A stretch of DNA of 64,000 nt from an uncultured delta proteobacterium (GCA_963765675.1 CAVXXK010000001.1:2208001-2272000); one strand, 5' to 3'. Positions 14,217 to 24,612 are shown, counted from the stretch's first letter. Notes: generated from the letters alone by a model not told the origin. Program-made: numbers and translations.

Positions 14217-14999
14217 ATGGTATCGAGCATCTACGAGTTCCCCGACATCTTTCGCCGCGTGCACAAGGAGCAGCCTTACGAAATCGGCGAGGAAGTGCGA
14301 TTTCTGCGCAAGGTATGGAAACGCCACGCGCGGGGTCCGCTCCGGCGCGTGATCGATCTGGCGTGCGGCAACTCGCCGCATGGGCAAATCCTCGCGCGCG
14401 GCGGGATCGAGGTCGCGGGCGTCGATCGCTCGGCCACGATGATCGCGGCGGGGCGGCGCGAATCGCGCGGACTCAAAAATATTCGCTTCTATCGGCGGCC
14501 GATCGAGCGCTTCAAAATTCCGGCGCGCGGATTCGACGCGGCGATCTTCATGTCCGAGACGTTTCCCGTGATGACGGCGAACGACGCGATTCTGTCGCAT
14601 CTAAAATCGGTCGCGGCGACGCTCAAACACGGTGGGCTGTACGTGATCGACGTCGATCGTCAGGACGGCTCTCGCGTCACGCGCGAGCGGCAGTTATGGC
14701 GGGAACGCACGCTCAAAGTTGGCGGCGCGATCGTTCGTGTGCGGGCGCACAGCCGCACGATGCCGTGGCATTCGGGAGTCCATTCAGTTTTCGATCTCGA
14801 ATGCGACCTCGAATTTCCCGGCCGATCGGTGAAGACGCGCGATCTGGTGCCGGTGCGCTACACGATTCCGCCGACGCTCGATCTGCTCGCTCGCGCGTCG
14901 GGCAAATTCGAGATGATCGCGGCCTACGCCGACTTGTCGTTCGACATCGCGATGGACAACTGCGAGCGGCGATGGTGGGGCATCCTGCGGCGCGTGTGA
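14217..14999 (+). CDS. Class I SAM-dependent methyltransferase
   Basis: VIDLACGNS motif I, GVDRS..MI, LKHGGLYVID. Confidence 0.85.
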   Translation: MVSSIYEFPDIFRRVHKEQPYEIGEEVRFLRKVWKRHARGPLRRVIDLACGNSPHGQILARGGIEVAGVDRSATMIAAGRRESRGLKNIRFYRRPIERFKIPARGFDAAIFMSETFPVMTANDAILSHLKSVAATLKHGGLYVIDVDRQDGSRVTRERQLWRERTLKVGGAIVRVRAHSRTMPWHSGVHSVFDLECDLEFPGRSVKTRDLVPVRYTIPPTLDLLARASGKFEMIAAYADLSFDIAMDNCERRWWGILRRV

Positions 15000-15007
15000 A
15001 CTGCTCG

Positions 15008-15661
15008 TCAGCCGCGCACGTCCGCCAGGTGCGCGATCAAATCGAGCGCGGCGGGGTTCCATGCGTCTGTGTATTTGAGAATCTGGATCGATCCGAGATC
15101 GACGGTTGGCTCGGCGCCGGCGAGGGTCTTGACGATTGTGCGGATCACTCCGCGATGCGCGACCACCAGCGCGCGAGTGACGCCGGGCGAGCGCTCGGGA
15201 GTCCATCGCGAGAGCATCAGCACGACTCCGCGTTCGACGCGCGCGGTAAACGCCGCGCGGCTCTCTCCGCCGGGATAGGTAAAAGCGGCTGAGAGCGGGT
15301 CGGCGCGCCATCGCGCGTACTCGTCGGGAAAGCGCGCGCTGATTTCCTCTCGCGTCAGCCCCTCGAAATCACCGAAGTGGACCTCGGCGAATTCCTCGAG
15401 CGCGATCGCTGATGGCGCGTCTGCACTAGCAATAATCCGCGCGCCCTCGGCTGCCCGAACGAGCGGACTGGTGAAGACGCGATCGAACGCGAGACCGCCG
15501 TGAGTCGCTTCGATCGCGGTACGCGCGGCGCGCATCTGCGCGCGCCCAAGCTTGGAGAGCGGCACGTCGTTGCGCCCGTGATAGCGGATGCTCGATTCGC
15601 CTTCGGTCTCACCGTGGCGCACGAGGATCAGCGTTGCGCGATGAAATGATTGAGGCGTCAT
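15008..15661 (-). CDS. Histidine phosphatase family protein
   Basis: LVRHGET, SPLVRA, E.HFGDFEG, PGGES, VVAHRGVI. Confidence 0.92.
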   Translation of the reverse strand: MTPQSFHRATLILVRHGETEGESSIRYHGRNDVPLSKLGRAQMRAARTAIEATHGGLAFDRVFTSPLVRAAEGARIIASADAPSAIALEEFAEVHFGDFEGLTREEISARFPDEYARWRADPLSAAFTYPGGESRAAFTARVERGVVLMLSRWTPERSPGVTRALVVAHRGVIRTIVKTLAGAEPTVDLGSIQILKYTDAWNPAALDLIAHLADVRG

Positions 15662-15685
15662 TGATGCTCGGCGGCATGCGCTCGA

Positions 15686-16969
15686 TCAATCGTCGAGCGG
15701 GTTCATCACGAGGCCGGTCAAGAGCTTGGGATGAAAGTAGGTCGATTTTTCCGGCATCGTGGCGCCCGCGTCGCTGACGCGCTCGACGTCTTCGATCGAC
15801 GGCGGATTCATCAGGAACGCGCCGTCGGCGACGCCGCTCGCGACCGCTTCGAGCGCGGCGGCCGCGTCGATCGTGTACTCGATATTTCCGCCTTTGCGAA
15901 TCTCGGCGGCAGTGAGCGAGAAAATCCGGTCGAAGATCATCGCATGGAGCAGAGTGATGTCGAGCTCGCGGACGGGCGGCGGAGTTTCGGGAATCGCGGC
16001 GGAGACGGCGGCGCGATCGCGAATCTGCAAAAGGTAATGCGAGCGATGCCCCTTGAGCGCGACCGCGAGCGCACCGCGTCCGGCGGCGTGAAGCCGCGCC
16101 CGCAGAATCTCGCGATCGGCGATTTCTTCGAGCACGAAGATTCTGCGCGCCTCGGCGGCGAACGCCGCGATCGATTCGGGCCGCAAACGATGGACGACGC
16201 GATGGGTCGGCAGAATCACGAGGCCGGGATCGTCGCACGCAACCATTGTCATCATCGTGTAGTCAAAGCCTTGCGGCGCAGAGGGATTCTCGGCCGCGCG
16301 GCGGATGCGCTGGTAGTTGAGCGCGGTTTCATAACGATGATGCCCGTCGGCGATTAGGACGCGCGGCGTGGCAAGGGCGCGCTGGACCGTCGCGATTTCC
16401 GTTGACGCGTCGATCACTCGCAGCTCGTTACGAATCGCGAGGTCGTCGGTCAGCTCGATGAGCGGCGCGCGAGCCGCGACTTCCGCGCGCAGACGATCGA
16501 GCTCCGGATGCTGTCCCGAGTAGAGGCCGAAGATCGAGCTGGTGTTGGTGCGGATCGCGGTCAGCAGCTTCAGCCGATCTTCCTTGGCGGCGGGAAAAGT
16601 TTTTTCGTGCGGCAGAATCCTACCGGACGCAAACGGTTCGAGCCGGATGCGCGCGATGAGCCCGGTGCGGGCGAGGCTGCGGCCCTCGATCGTGAAGCGC
16701 TGCGTGTAATGGAAGATCGCGGGGCGTTCGAGACGGCGCAGCACTCCGGCTGCGAGCCAGTCGCGAAGCGTCGTGGCGGCGGCAGCGTAGCGATCCGCGT
16801 CGCGGCCAAATTCGAGCCGCACGATATTGTAGCGGCTGCGCTCGTAGAGCTCGTTCTGCCGCGCCGCGCCGATCAGGTCGTATGGAGGCGCCACGACGGC
16901 CGCTGGCTCGCCGGCGATCGCACGATCGTAGAGCAGCGCGCGGAACGGCTCGATTCGCTCGGCGCTCAT
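15686..16969 (-). CDS. DUF1015 family protein
   Basis: APPYD, ILPHEKT, IADGHHRYETA, ILPTHR, MPEKSTYFHPKL. Confidence 0.92.
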   Translation of the reverse strand: MSAERIEPFRALLYDRAIAGEPAAVVAPPYDLIGAARQNELYERSRYNIVRLEFGRDADRYAAAATTLRDWLAAGVLRRLERPAIFHYTQRFTIEGRSLARTGLIARIRLEPFASGRILPHEKTFPAAKEDRLKLLTAIRTNTSSIFGLYSGQHPELDRLRAEVAARAPLIELTDDLAIRNELRVIDASTEIATVQRALATPRVLIADGHHRYETALNYQRIRRAAENPSAPQGFDYTMMTMVACDDPGLVILPTHRVVHRLRPESIAAFAAEARRIFVLEEIADREILRARLHAAGRGALAVALKGHRSHYLLQIRDRAAVSAAIPETPPPVRELDITLLHAMIFDRIFSLTAAEIRKGGNIEYTIDAAAALEAVASGVADGAFLMNPPSIEDVERVSDAGATMPEKSTYFHPKLLTGLVMNPLDD

Positions 16970-17613
16970 TCGAGCACCTCGCCCGAGAGCGCGGCGGCGA
17001 GTTGAAGCTCGCTGATGGCGCCGGCGCGGATTAGCCGCCAGGTGTCGTCCTCGACCGCGACGACGGTGCTTGGCGCCGGCGCGCTCAGCGTGCCGCCTTC
17101 AAGAAACACTTTAACTTTGTCTCCGAGTGCGGCGCGCGCTTCGGCGAGGGTTCGCGCAGGAGACTCTCCCGCGCGGTTCGCGCTGGTAGCGGTCACGGGA
17201 TGCCCGAGGCCCGCCGCGAGTGCGCGGGCCACAGAATGCGGCGATACGCGCACACCCACGCCGCCGCCGATTCCGACGATCGCGTCGGGCAAATCCGCAC
17301 GCGCCGGGAGCACGAGGGTCAGCGCTCCGGGCCAGAACATGTCCGCAAGACGCCGCGCGACTGGAGAGACCTCGCGCGCGAGGGCGAGCGCGGAATCCGC
17401 GTCGGCGGCGATCAGCGCGACGGTCTTTTCCGCGTCGCGGCCCTTGGCGGCGAACAGGCGCTCGAGTGCGGCGGACGAAAATGGGTCCGCGCCGAGGCCG
17501 TAAAATGTCTCGGTCGGATATACAACCAACTCGGCTGCGCGCAGCGCAGCGACAGCTTCATCGAGGCTCGAACGATCGCGATTTGCCGTGTTGGCGGATT
17601 TCCTGGCAGGCAA
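16966..17613 (-). CDS. tsaC: Threonylcarbamoyl-AMP synthase (Sua5/YrdC)
   Basis: YPTETFYGL, KGR, FWPGALTLVL, TATSAN. TTG start inferred downstream of an AAGGAG RBS. Confidence 0.9.
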   Translation of the reverse strand: MPARKSANTANRDRSSLDEAVAALRAAELVVYPTETFYGLGADPFSSAALERLFAAKGRDAEKTVALIAADADSALALAREVSPVARRLADMFWPGALTLVLPARADLPDAIVGIGGGVGVRVSPHSVARALAAGLGHPVTATSANRAGESPARTLAEARAALGDKVKVFLEGGTLSAPAPSTVVAVEDDTWRLIRAGAISELQLAAALSGEVLE

Positions 17614-17636
17614 GAACTTAAAGTGCTCCTTCCAAT

Positions 17637-18968
17637 TTATTTTCGGCCAGCTTTCGCGCGCGCGGCGAGTCCGTGATGCGCGATATCGCGGCGCAATTGC
17701 TTGCCGTCGAATTCTATCAGGTCCGCGACCTGGTACGCCGCCGCGACCGCGGTCTCGAGCTCCGGCGCCATCGCGGTCACCGCGAGCACGCGGCCGCCGT
17801 TGGTGACGAGTTGGCCGTCTTTGAGCGCAGTGCCGGCGTGAAAAACCTTGACGCGGATTTTTTTCATCGCCCAATCGACTTTAAGCTCCGACGGCGCGCC
17901 GCCTTCGACTTTCTCAACTCCGGTGATCGCGATCCCTTTGCGATAGTCGCCCGGATATCCGCCCGAAGCGAGAACCACGGTGACGGCGGAGCGTGGCGAC
18001 AGGCGCACGTCGGCGTCGGCGATCCTTCCCTCGGCGGCGGCGAGCAGGGTCGCGGCCAGGTCGCCGTCGAAGCGCATCATCATCGGTTGGGTTTCGGGAT
18101 CGCCGAAGCGCGCGTTGAACTCGATCACGCTGATCGCGTCCGCATCGATCATCAATCCCGCGAACAGCACGCCCGTGAACGGAGTTCCGCGCGCGGCCAT
18201 CTCGCGCAGGACCGGCCGCACGACTTCGCGCATCGCGCGCTCTTCCAGATCGGGACCGAATTGGGGAAGAGGCGAGTACGCGCCCATCCCGCCGGTGTTG
18301 GGGCCGCGGTCGCCGTCGAAGATCGGTTTGTGATCCTGGAACAGGCCGAATGCGACCGCGTTTTCACCGTGGCAGAGCGCGAAGAACGAAACTTCCTCGC
18401 CGGTGAGAAATTCCTCGATCACGATCCGCTTTCCCGCCGCGCCGAACTTCGCTTCGGTCATCGCCGCGTCAACCGCCGCGAGCGCGGAGGCGCGATCGGG
18501 GCAGATAGTGACGCCCTTGCCGAGCGCGAGACCGTCGGCCTTGACGACGACCGGACGATCGACGCCGCGAAGATACTCGCGCGCGGCGGCGGCGTCGTCG
18601 AAGGAGCGATAGGCGGCGGTGCGCACGCCGGTCGCCTGCATCACCGATTTTGCGAACGACTTGCTGCTTTCGATCTGCGCGGCGGCGCGCGTCGGTCCGA
18701 AGATCGTAAGGCCGGCGCGGCGGAACTCGTCCACGATTCCGGCGCCGAGCGGATCGTCGGGGCCGACGATCGTCAGATCGATTTTTTTCTCGCGAGCGAA
18801 ATCGATCAGCGCGGCGAAGTTGTCCGGCGCGATCGCGACCGGCTCTGCGAGCTGGTTGATTCCCGGATTTCCCGGTGCGCAGTAGAGTCCCCACACCGAT
18901 TGGCTCTGATGCAGCCGCCAGCATAGCGCGTGTTCGCGCGCGCCCTGTCCGATGACGAGAACTTTCAT
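17637..18968 (-). CDS. purD: Phosphoribosylamine-glycine ligase
   Basis: GAREHAL, KADGLALGKGV, GPNTGGMGAYSP, EFNARFGDPE, TNGGRVL. Confidence 0.98.
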   Translation of the reverse strand: MKVLVIGQGAREHALCWRLHQSQSVWGLYCAPGNPGINQLAEPVAIAPDNFAALIDFAREKKIDLTIVGPDDPLGAGIVDEFRRAGLTIFGPTRAAAQIESSKSFAKSVMQATGVRTAAYRSFDDAAAAREYLRGVDRPVVVKADGLALGKGVTICPDRASALAAVDAAMTEAKFGAAGKRIVIEEFLTGEEVSFFALCHGENAVAFGLFQDHKPIFDGDRGPNTGGMGAYSPLPQFGPDLEERAMREVVRPVLREMAARGTPFTGVLFAGLMIDADAISVIEFNARFGDPETQPMMMRFDGDLAATLLAAAEGRIADADVRLSPRSAVTVVLASGGYPGDYRKGIAITGVEKVEGGAPSELKVDWAMKKIRVKVFHAGTALKDGQLVTNGGRVLAVTAMAPELETAVAAAYQVADLIEFDGKQLRRDIAHHGLAARAKAGRK

Positions 18969-18974
18969 CGCGGC

Positions 18975-20543
18975 CTAATGGCGGAAGTGCCGCACCCCAG
19001 TGAAGACCATCGCGAGGCCGTACTTGTCCGCCGCGGCGATCACGTCTTTGTCGCGGATCGAGCCGCCCGGCTGCGCGATCGCGGTCGCGCCCGCCTCGGC
19101 CGTGAGCGTCGGGCCGTCGGGCATCGGGAAGAGAGCTTCGGAGACCAGCACCGAGCCTTCGAGCGAGACCTTGAGGCGCGCGGCTTTCTCTCGCGCGGAA
19201 TACACCGGATCGATGCGCGAGGTTGCGCCGCCTCCGACCGCGAGCGTGCGATCCTCGGCCACGAATGCGATCGCGTTGGACTTGATGTGCTTGCAGACCT
19301 TGATGCCGAATTCGAGCGCGCGCAGTTCGGCGGCGGTGGGCGCGCGCTTGGTGACGACTTTGCCCTGGCGCGGATCCTCGATCGAGAGATCGGGCGATTG
19401 CACCAGCAAGCCGCCGACGACTTTCTTGAGGTCGAACTCGCCGCGCGGAACCGCCTCGGGATGGAAGCGCATCAGGCGGCGGTTTTTGTTCTTCTTCAGA
19501 AACTCGAGCACCTCGGCCGGAAAGTCGGGACCGATCAGAACCTCGGTGAAAAGTTCGTTGACGGCGCGCGCGAACTCCATGTCCCACGGCCGGTTGGAGA
19601 TGATTATTCCACCGAACGGAGAATCGGGATCGGTCGCGAACGCCTTGTCCCACGCGGCTTTGAGCGTCGAGCCGATTCCGACGCCGCACGGGGTGTTGTG
19701 CTTGAGAATCGCGACGACGGCCTGCGGCTCGCTCTGAAACTCGAGCATCAGGTTGGCCGCCGAGCTGATGTCGAAGACGTTGTTGAACGAGAGCTCCTTG
19801 CCGTGGAGTTGTTCCGCGATCTTGAGGAAGTTGCCGTAGAGCGCGCCTTCCTGGTGAGGATTCTCGCCGTAGCGGAGCTTCTGCTCGCGTTCGAGGGTCA
19901 GGCTGAAAGTCTCGCCGAGCGCGGAGGGCTCGCCCTCGCCGGAATTTGCGCCGAGCCAGTTGGCGATCGCCGAGTCGTAGGCGGCGACGCGTGCGAAGGC
20001 CTTGCGCGCGAGGCGCCATCGCGTCGCGAGAGTGAGCGCGCCCTCGTTCTTTTCCATTTCGCCGGCGATCGCGGCGTAGTCGGCGGGATCGACGACGATC
20101 GCGACGTCGGGATAATTCTTCGCCGCGGCGCGCACCAGAGTCGGACCGCCGATATCGATATTCTCGATCGCTTCGTCGCGGGTGACGCCGGGCTTCGCTA
20201 CTGTGCTTTCGAACGGATAGAAGTTGACGACGACCAGATCGATCGGCTCGATTCCGTGATCCTTCATCTGCTTCTGATGGCTCGGTTCGGAGCGCCGGCC
20301 GAGGATTCCGCCGTGAATCTTCGGGTGCAGCGTCTTCACGCGGCCGTCGAGCATCTCGGGAAAGCCGGTAAACTCTTCGACCGCCTTGACCCGCACGCCC
20401 GCCGCCTCAAGCGATGCCTTAGTGCCTCCGGTCGAGACGAGCTCGACGCCGCGATGCGCGAGCGTGCGTGCGAAATCCGCGAGGCCTCCCTTGTCGGATA
20501 CGCCGAGCAGTGCGCGGCGTATGATGATCTTGTCGCTATTCAT
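18975..20543 (-). CDS. purH: Bifunctional AICAR transformylase/IMP cyclohydrolase
   Basis: STGGT, GRVKTLHPKIHGG, IDIGGP, LRYGENPHQ, KHNTPCG, QPGGSIRD, RHFRH. Confidence 0.98.
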   Translation of the reverse strand: MNSDKIIIRRALLGVSDKGGLADFARTLAHRGVELVSTGGTKASLEAAGVRVKAVEEFTGFPEMLDGRVKTLHPKIHGGILGRRSEPSHQKQMKDHGIEPIDLVVVNFYPFESTVAKPGVTRDEAIENIDIGGPTLVRAAAKNYPDVAIVVDPADYAAIAGEMEKNEGALTLATRWRLARKAFARVAAYDSAIANWLGANSGEGEPSALGETFSLTLEREQKLRYGENPHQEGALYGNFLKIAEQLHGKELSFNNVFDISSAANLMLEFQSEPQAVVAILKHNTPCGVGIGSTLKAAWDKAFATDPDSPFGGIIISNRPWDMEFARAVNELFTEVLIGPDFPAEVLEFLKKNKNRRLMRFHPEAVPRGEFDLKKVVGGLLVQSPDLSIEDPRQGKVVTKRAPTAAELRALEFGIKVCKHIKSNAIAFVAEDRTLAVGGGATSRIDPVYSAREKAARLKVSLEGSVLVSEALFPMPDGPTLTAEAGATAIAQPGGSIRDKDVIAAADKYGLAMVFTGVRHFRH

Positions 20544-20564
20544 TTCGTCTCAACCCTTTGGACA

Positions 20565-21716
20565 CTATCCGCGGCAGATTCGCGGTACGCGCTTGCCGAC
20601 CGTGCACAGCATTTCATAGGAGATGGTTTGCGCCAGGCGCGCGACGTCGTTGACGCTGATCACTGCCTCGGCGTCCGGATGCTCGCTGCTCTGGCCCCAC
20701 AATATCACTTCGTCACCGACTGCCGCGCCGGGCACGTCGGTAAGATCGATCGTGGTCAGGTCCATCGAAACCGCGCCGACCACCGGAGCGCGCGCGCCGC
20801 GCACCAGGACTTCGCCGCCGTGCTGGAGTCCGCGGCGGTAACCGTCGGCATAACCTACCGGCAGCACGCCGATCACGCTTTCGCGCGGCGTGACGAAGGT
20901 GTGTCCATAGCCGACGCCGCTGCCGGCAGGCACGCGCTTGGTCTGCATCAGAAGGGTCTTGAACGTCATTACAGGCCGCAACTCGACGCGCTCGCGGACT
21001 GCGGCGACGGGAGGCAGGCCATAGATCGCGAGGCCGGGACGGACCAGGTTGAAATGCGAATCGTCGCGCAGCACCAGCGCGGCGGAATTTGCGACATGCG
21101 CGATCGGCGCGAAGCCGGCGGCGCGCAACGTTTCGAGCGCGGCGCGAAACACTCCCAGTTGCCGATCGGTGATGGGGCTCGCAGGATCTCCGGCGTTTGC
21201 GAGCAGGGTGCATAGGCCTTCGAGATGCAACGACGGCGCCGCGCGCATCGCATCGATAAGCGCGGGAAGGTCCGCAGGCAGCACGCCGAGCCGGCTTGCG
21301 CCCGTGTCGATCTTCACATGGATCGGAAAGCGCGCGTGCGTGGCCGAGGCAGCGGCCTCGAGTGGCGCGATCAGCGCCGCGTCGAACACGAACGGCGTGA
21401 GCCCGAGTGCGACAATCTCGCGCGCCTGCGCGGCGAAGAAACCGGCTTGCAAAAAAATCCGCGCGGTGATTCCGGCGCGGCGCAGCTCGCGAGCCTCGTC
21501 GATCGTCGCGACTCCGAAATTGCGGCATCCTTCGGCTCCGAGCGTGCGCGCAACCGTAACCGCGCCGTGTCCATAACCGTCCGCCTTGACCACCACCATC
21601 AGCTCGCCGTGCGCGGCGACTGCGCGCAGCGCGTGGTAGTTCGAGCGCAGCGCGCCGAGATCGATCTCCGCGATAGTTGGACGCTGTTCCTCGGAATTCA
21701 TCGCTATGGGCTTCAC
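20565..21716 (-). CDS. alr: Alanine racemase
   Basis: VVKADGYGHG (PLP lysine), HVKIDTG..RLG, VRPGLAIYG, GYADG, SMD. Confidence 0.96.
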   Translation of the reverse strand: MKPIAMNSEEQRPTIAEIDLGALRSNYHALRAVAAHGELMVVVKADGYGHGAVTVARTLGAEGCRNFGVATIDEARELRRAGITARIFLQAGFFAAQAREIVALGLTPFVFDAALIAPLEAAASATHARFPIHVKIDTGASRLGVLPADLPALIDAMRAAPSLHLEGLCTLLANAGDPASPITDRQLGVFRAALETLRAAGFAPIAHVANSAALVLRDDSHFNLVRPGLAIYGLPPVAAVRERVELRPVMTFKTLLMQTKRVPAGSGVGYGHTFVTPRESVIGVLPVGYADGYRRGLQHGGEVLVRGARAPVVGAVSMDLTTIDLTDVPGAAVGDEVILWGQSSEHPDAEAVISVNDVARLAQTISYEMLCTVGKRVPRICRG

Positions 21717-21909
21717 GCAGTATCGATCGGTGACTAAGTATCGCGCCGCGTGGGAGTTGCAGAATTACGTCCGTTGTGAAGGCGCAATCAGATAACCATC
21801 CGCCGAACGGACAGTCAATCAAACTGCGCGGGAGCTGTGGATTCAAGCTCGCGGATCGCCGGATCTGTGGACGGTTTTTCTCCGCGGCGTGCGATGCTAT
21901 AACACAAAG

Positions 21910-22000
21910 CAGGCTGGGGGCGCGCGTGGTACGCGCTGAGAACTCTCGCAGGAGAGAACCCCTCGAACCTGATCCGGGTCATGCCGGCGTAGGGAAGCCC
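21910..22000 (+). ncRNA. TPP riboswitch
   Basis: GGGG...GCTGAGA...ACCC..GAACCTGATCCGGGTCATGCCGGCGTAGGGAA consensus, directly upstream of thiSGE. Confidence 0.95.
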
Positions 22001-22028
22001 GCAAGGACCGAACGATCGCAGTTCGGCC

Positions 22029-22065
22029 GAAAGCCGCTTCCCCGGGTGCCCGGAGGGCGGCTTTC
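22029..22065 (+). promoter_or_regulatory. Riboswitch expression-platform hairpin (terminator or RBS sequestration)
   Basis: GAAAGCCGC / GCGGCTTTC stem enclosing GGAGG (22052-22056), just before the thiS ATG at 22070. Confidence 0.7.
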
Positions 22066-22069
22066 TCAA

Positions 22070-22285
22070 ATGCCCGAGGCGACAATCACAATCACGCTGA
22101 ATGGCGAGCCCAGCCGAATCGAGGGCGACGCGCACCTGAGCGCGCTGATCGAGAAGCTCAGGATGCGTCCGCAGCGAATCGCGGTCGAGATCAACCGGCA
22201 GGTGGTGCCGAAATCGGACTACGCAGCCACGATTCTGCGCACGGGCGACGAGGTCGAAATAATCAACTTCGTCGGAGGCGGATGA
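22070..22285 (+). CDS. thiS: Sulfur carrier protein ThiS
   Basis: ITLNGE, IAVEINRQVV, C-terminal VEIINFVGGG. Confidence 0.96.
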   Translation: MPEATITITLNGEPSRIEGDAHLSALIEKLRMRPQRIAVEINRQVVPKSDYAATILRTGDEVEIINFVGGG

Positions 22286-22325
22286 GCGCCACTGCTCATC
22301 AAACTCCGGCGCGTGAGGTAAGACT

Positions 22326-23099
22326 GTGGATACTCCCCTGGAACTCGGCGGCAGGAAATTCAGCTCGCGGCTGATCGTCGGAACCGGCAAGTACAAAGAC
22401 TTCGCCGAGACGCGCCGTGCGGTCGAAGAAAGCGGCGCGGAGATGGTCACCGTCGCGGTGCGGCGGGTGAATATCACCGATCGCAAGTCGGAGAATCTGC
22501 TCGACTACCTCGATCCCAAGCGCTACCAGATTCTGCCCAACACTGCAGGATGCTACACCGCCGAGGAAGCGGTGCGCACGTGCAGGCTCGCGCGCGAGGT
22601 CGGGGTCGGCGACATGGTGAAGCTCGAAGTTATCGGCGATCAGAAGACGCTGTTTCCCGACGTGCCCGCGACGATCGAGGCGGCAAAAATTCTCGTAAAG
22701 GAAGGCTTCAAGGTGCTGCCCTACGTCACCGACGATCCGGTCACCTGTCTGCGGCTTGCGGAGCTCGGGTGCGCGGCGGTGATGCCGCTGGCGGCGCCGA
22801 TCGGATCGGGCCTCGGCATCCGCAATCCGTACAACCTCGCGATCATTATCGAGCAGGCGAAGGTGCCGGTGATCGTCGATGCGGGCGTAGGGACAGCGTC
22901 GGACGCCGCGTACGCGATGGAGCTCGGCAGCGACGCGATCCTGATGAACACGGCGATCGCGGGAGCAAAGGATCCGATCGCGATGGCGCGCGCGATGAAG
23001 CTCGCGGTCGAAGCGGGGCGGATTGCATACGGAGCAGGGCGTATCGGCCGCAGGCTCTATGCGACCGCATCGAGTCCGATCACCGGGATGATCCAGTGA
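22326..23099 (+). CDS. thiG: Thiazole synthase
   Basis: [44 protein letters not shown]. Confidence 0.98.
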   Translation: MDTPLELGGRKFSSRLIVGTGKYKDFAETRRAVEESGAEMVTVAVRRVNITDRKSENLLDYLDPKRYQILPNTAGCYTAEEAVRTCRLAREVGVGDMVKLEVIGDQKTLFPDVPATIEAAKILVKEGFKVLPYVTDDPVTCLRLAELGCAAVMPLAAPIGSGLGIRNPYNLAIIIEQAKVPVIVDAGVGTASDAAYAMELGSDAILMNTAIAGAKDPIAMARAMKLAVEAGRIAYGAGRIGRRLYATASSPITGMIQ

Positions 23100-23103
23100 C
23101 ACT

Positions 23104-23766
23104 GTGCGGCGCGCGGAATTCCTTTTCTACCTGATAACCGACCGCAATGCGGTGCGGACCGGCACGTTGGTCGATGCGTGCGCGGCGGCGTTGTCTGTGG
23201 CTCCGCGCGGCGCGGTCGCGCTCCAGGTGCGCGAGAAAGATCTGTCCGCGCGCGAGCTCTACCGGCTCGCGCTGGAGTTGCGCGAAGTCTGCAAGCGCTA
23301 CGGCGCGCCGATGATCGTGAACGATCGCGCGGATATCGCGCTCGCCGCGCGCGCCGACGGAGTGCATTTGCCGTTCGACTCGATCGGAGTTGCGATGGCG
23401 CGCAAGCTGATCGGCGCTGACATGCTGATCGGCGCATCGACGCATTCACCACCGGACGTCGCGTCGGCGGCTCGCGAGGGCGCGGATTTCGTTGTGTTCG
23501 GTCCGGTCTTCGATCCGATCTCGAAGGGCGCGTACGGACCGGCGTGGGGAAGCGACGGCCTTTCCGCCGCGTGCCGGGCAGGATCGGTGCCGGTTTATGC
23601 GCTGGGCGGGATCACGCCGGAGCGAGCGCGCGAGTTGATGAGCAATTCAGATCCCGGCGCGCGTCCAGCGGGAGCGGCGGGAATCGGATCGATTATCGGT
23701 GCGGAATCTCCCGCCGAAGCGATGCGCGCGATGCTGGCGGCGCTCACTTCTTCCACGGCCGCGTGA
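23104..23766 (+). CDS. thiE: Thiamine-phosphate synthase
   Basis: YLITD, LQVREK, IVNDRADIA, DGVHL, GASTHS, ALGGIT. Confidence 0.92.
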   Translation: MRRAEFLFYLITDRNAVRTGTLVDACAAALSVAPRGAVALQVREKDLSARELYRLALELREVCKRYGAPMIVNDRADIALAARADGVHLPFDSIGVAMARKLIGADMLIGASTHSPPDVASAAREGADFVVFGPVFDPISKGAYGPAWGSDGLSAACRAGSVPVYALGGITPERARELMSNSDPGARPAGAAGIGSIIGAESPAEAMRAMLAALTSSTAA

Positions 23767-24604
23767 CCGTGCGCACTGCCGCCATCAGGTCGCTCGTGCG
23801 CGGCAGGATTCGATAATACGGCGACGTGTAAATCCATCGGATCGTCCTGCTGCCGTCGACTACGAAGAAAGCTGGAATCGCGCTGTCGGGCTGGCCGTCG
23901 CGATGCCGCTGCACCAGGCCCATCGGCGCGAGAATCGTCTCATGCTCATCGCTGAGCAGCGGAATGTCGGTCTGCAGATAGCTGGAGAGCATCTTCGATC
24001 GATCGACAGGATCAGCGCTGATCGCGACGACGTTCGCGTTCGCTCGCTTGAGCTCGGGCGCGAGCGCCGTCAGCTCGGCCAGCTCGTGCCGCGCGAACGG
24101 ACAGAAGTCTCCGCGATAGACGAACACCAGCGTCGCGCGGTCGCCCGGCGGCGTCAGCATCTGAACCGCAGCACCGGTTTGATCGGCGAGCGAGAATTGC
24201 GGAAAGCGGTCGCCGACCGCGAGCGTCAGATGATAGGGCGGGTTGAGCGTTCCGCGCATGATATAGCTGGCGAACCTTCCGCCCCCGACTCCGATCACGA
24301 CGCAGGCGAAAAACGCGAGCAGCCCGAAGCCCAGCTTTGCGTGCGGCGACCAAATCCCCAGCGCGGTGCCAAACGCGGCCAGCGCCAGCAGCATCGCAAG
24401 CGCGAGCGCGCCGAAGGCGGGCCACGGAATCCGGTCGTGAATTCCGAGTGCTGGCGACGACCAGAAGTTCAGCAGCACGAACTCGTAGAGTCCGAACCCG
24501 CAGGCGGTCAGGAGGATCGCCGCGATCGCGCGCACCGGCTGGAACGGCGGCGGGATCCATTCTTCGTCGGGTTCCGGCGGGAAGCCGGAGGATTCAACGT
24601 TCAT
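23744..24604 (-). CDS. Membrane-anchored AhpC/TSA (peroxiredoxin-like) protein
   Basis: About three N-terminal hydrophobic helices, then VGDRFPQFSLADQTG, YRGDFCPFA, VVAISAD, PAFFVVD. Confidence 0.8.
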   Translation of the reverse strand: MNVESSGFPPEPDEEWIPPPFQPVRAIAAILLTACGFGLYEFVLLNFWSSPALGIHDRIPWPAFGALALAMLLALAAFGTALGIWSPHAKLGFGLLAFFACVVIGVGGGRFASYIMRGTLNPPYHLTLAVGDRFPQFSLADQTGAAVQMLTPPGDRATLVFVYRGDFCPFARHELAELTALAPELKRANANVVAISADPVDRSKMLSSYLQTDIPLLSDEHETILAPMGLVQRHRDGQPDSAIPAFFVVDGSRTIRWIYTSPYYRILPRTSDLMAAVRTVTRPWKK

Positions 24605-24612
24605 GATCGGAG

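Noticed and set aside
18930-21215. 761-aa + strand ORF and similar long ORFs (e.g. 6399..8360, 9997..11403, 53215..54681, 55582..57300)
   Set aside because: These are antisense shadows of clear genes, expected at high GC. They have no recognisable motifs.
21776-22069. Long N-terminal extension of ThiS
   Set aside because: This stretch is the TPP riboswitch leader, not coding sequence.
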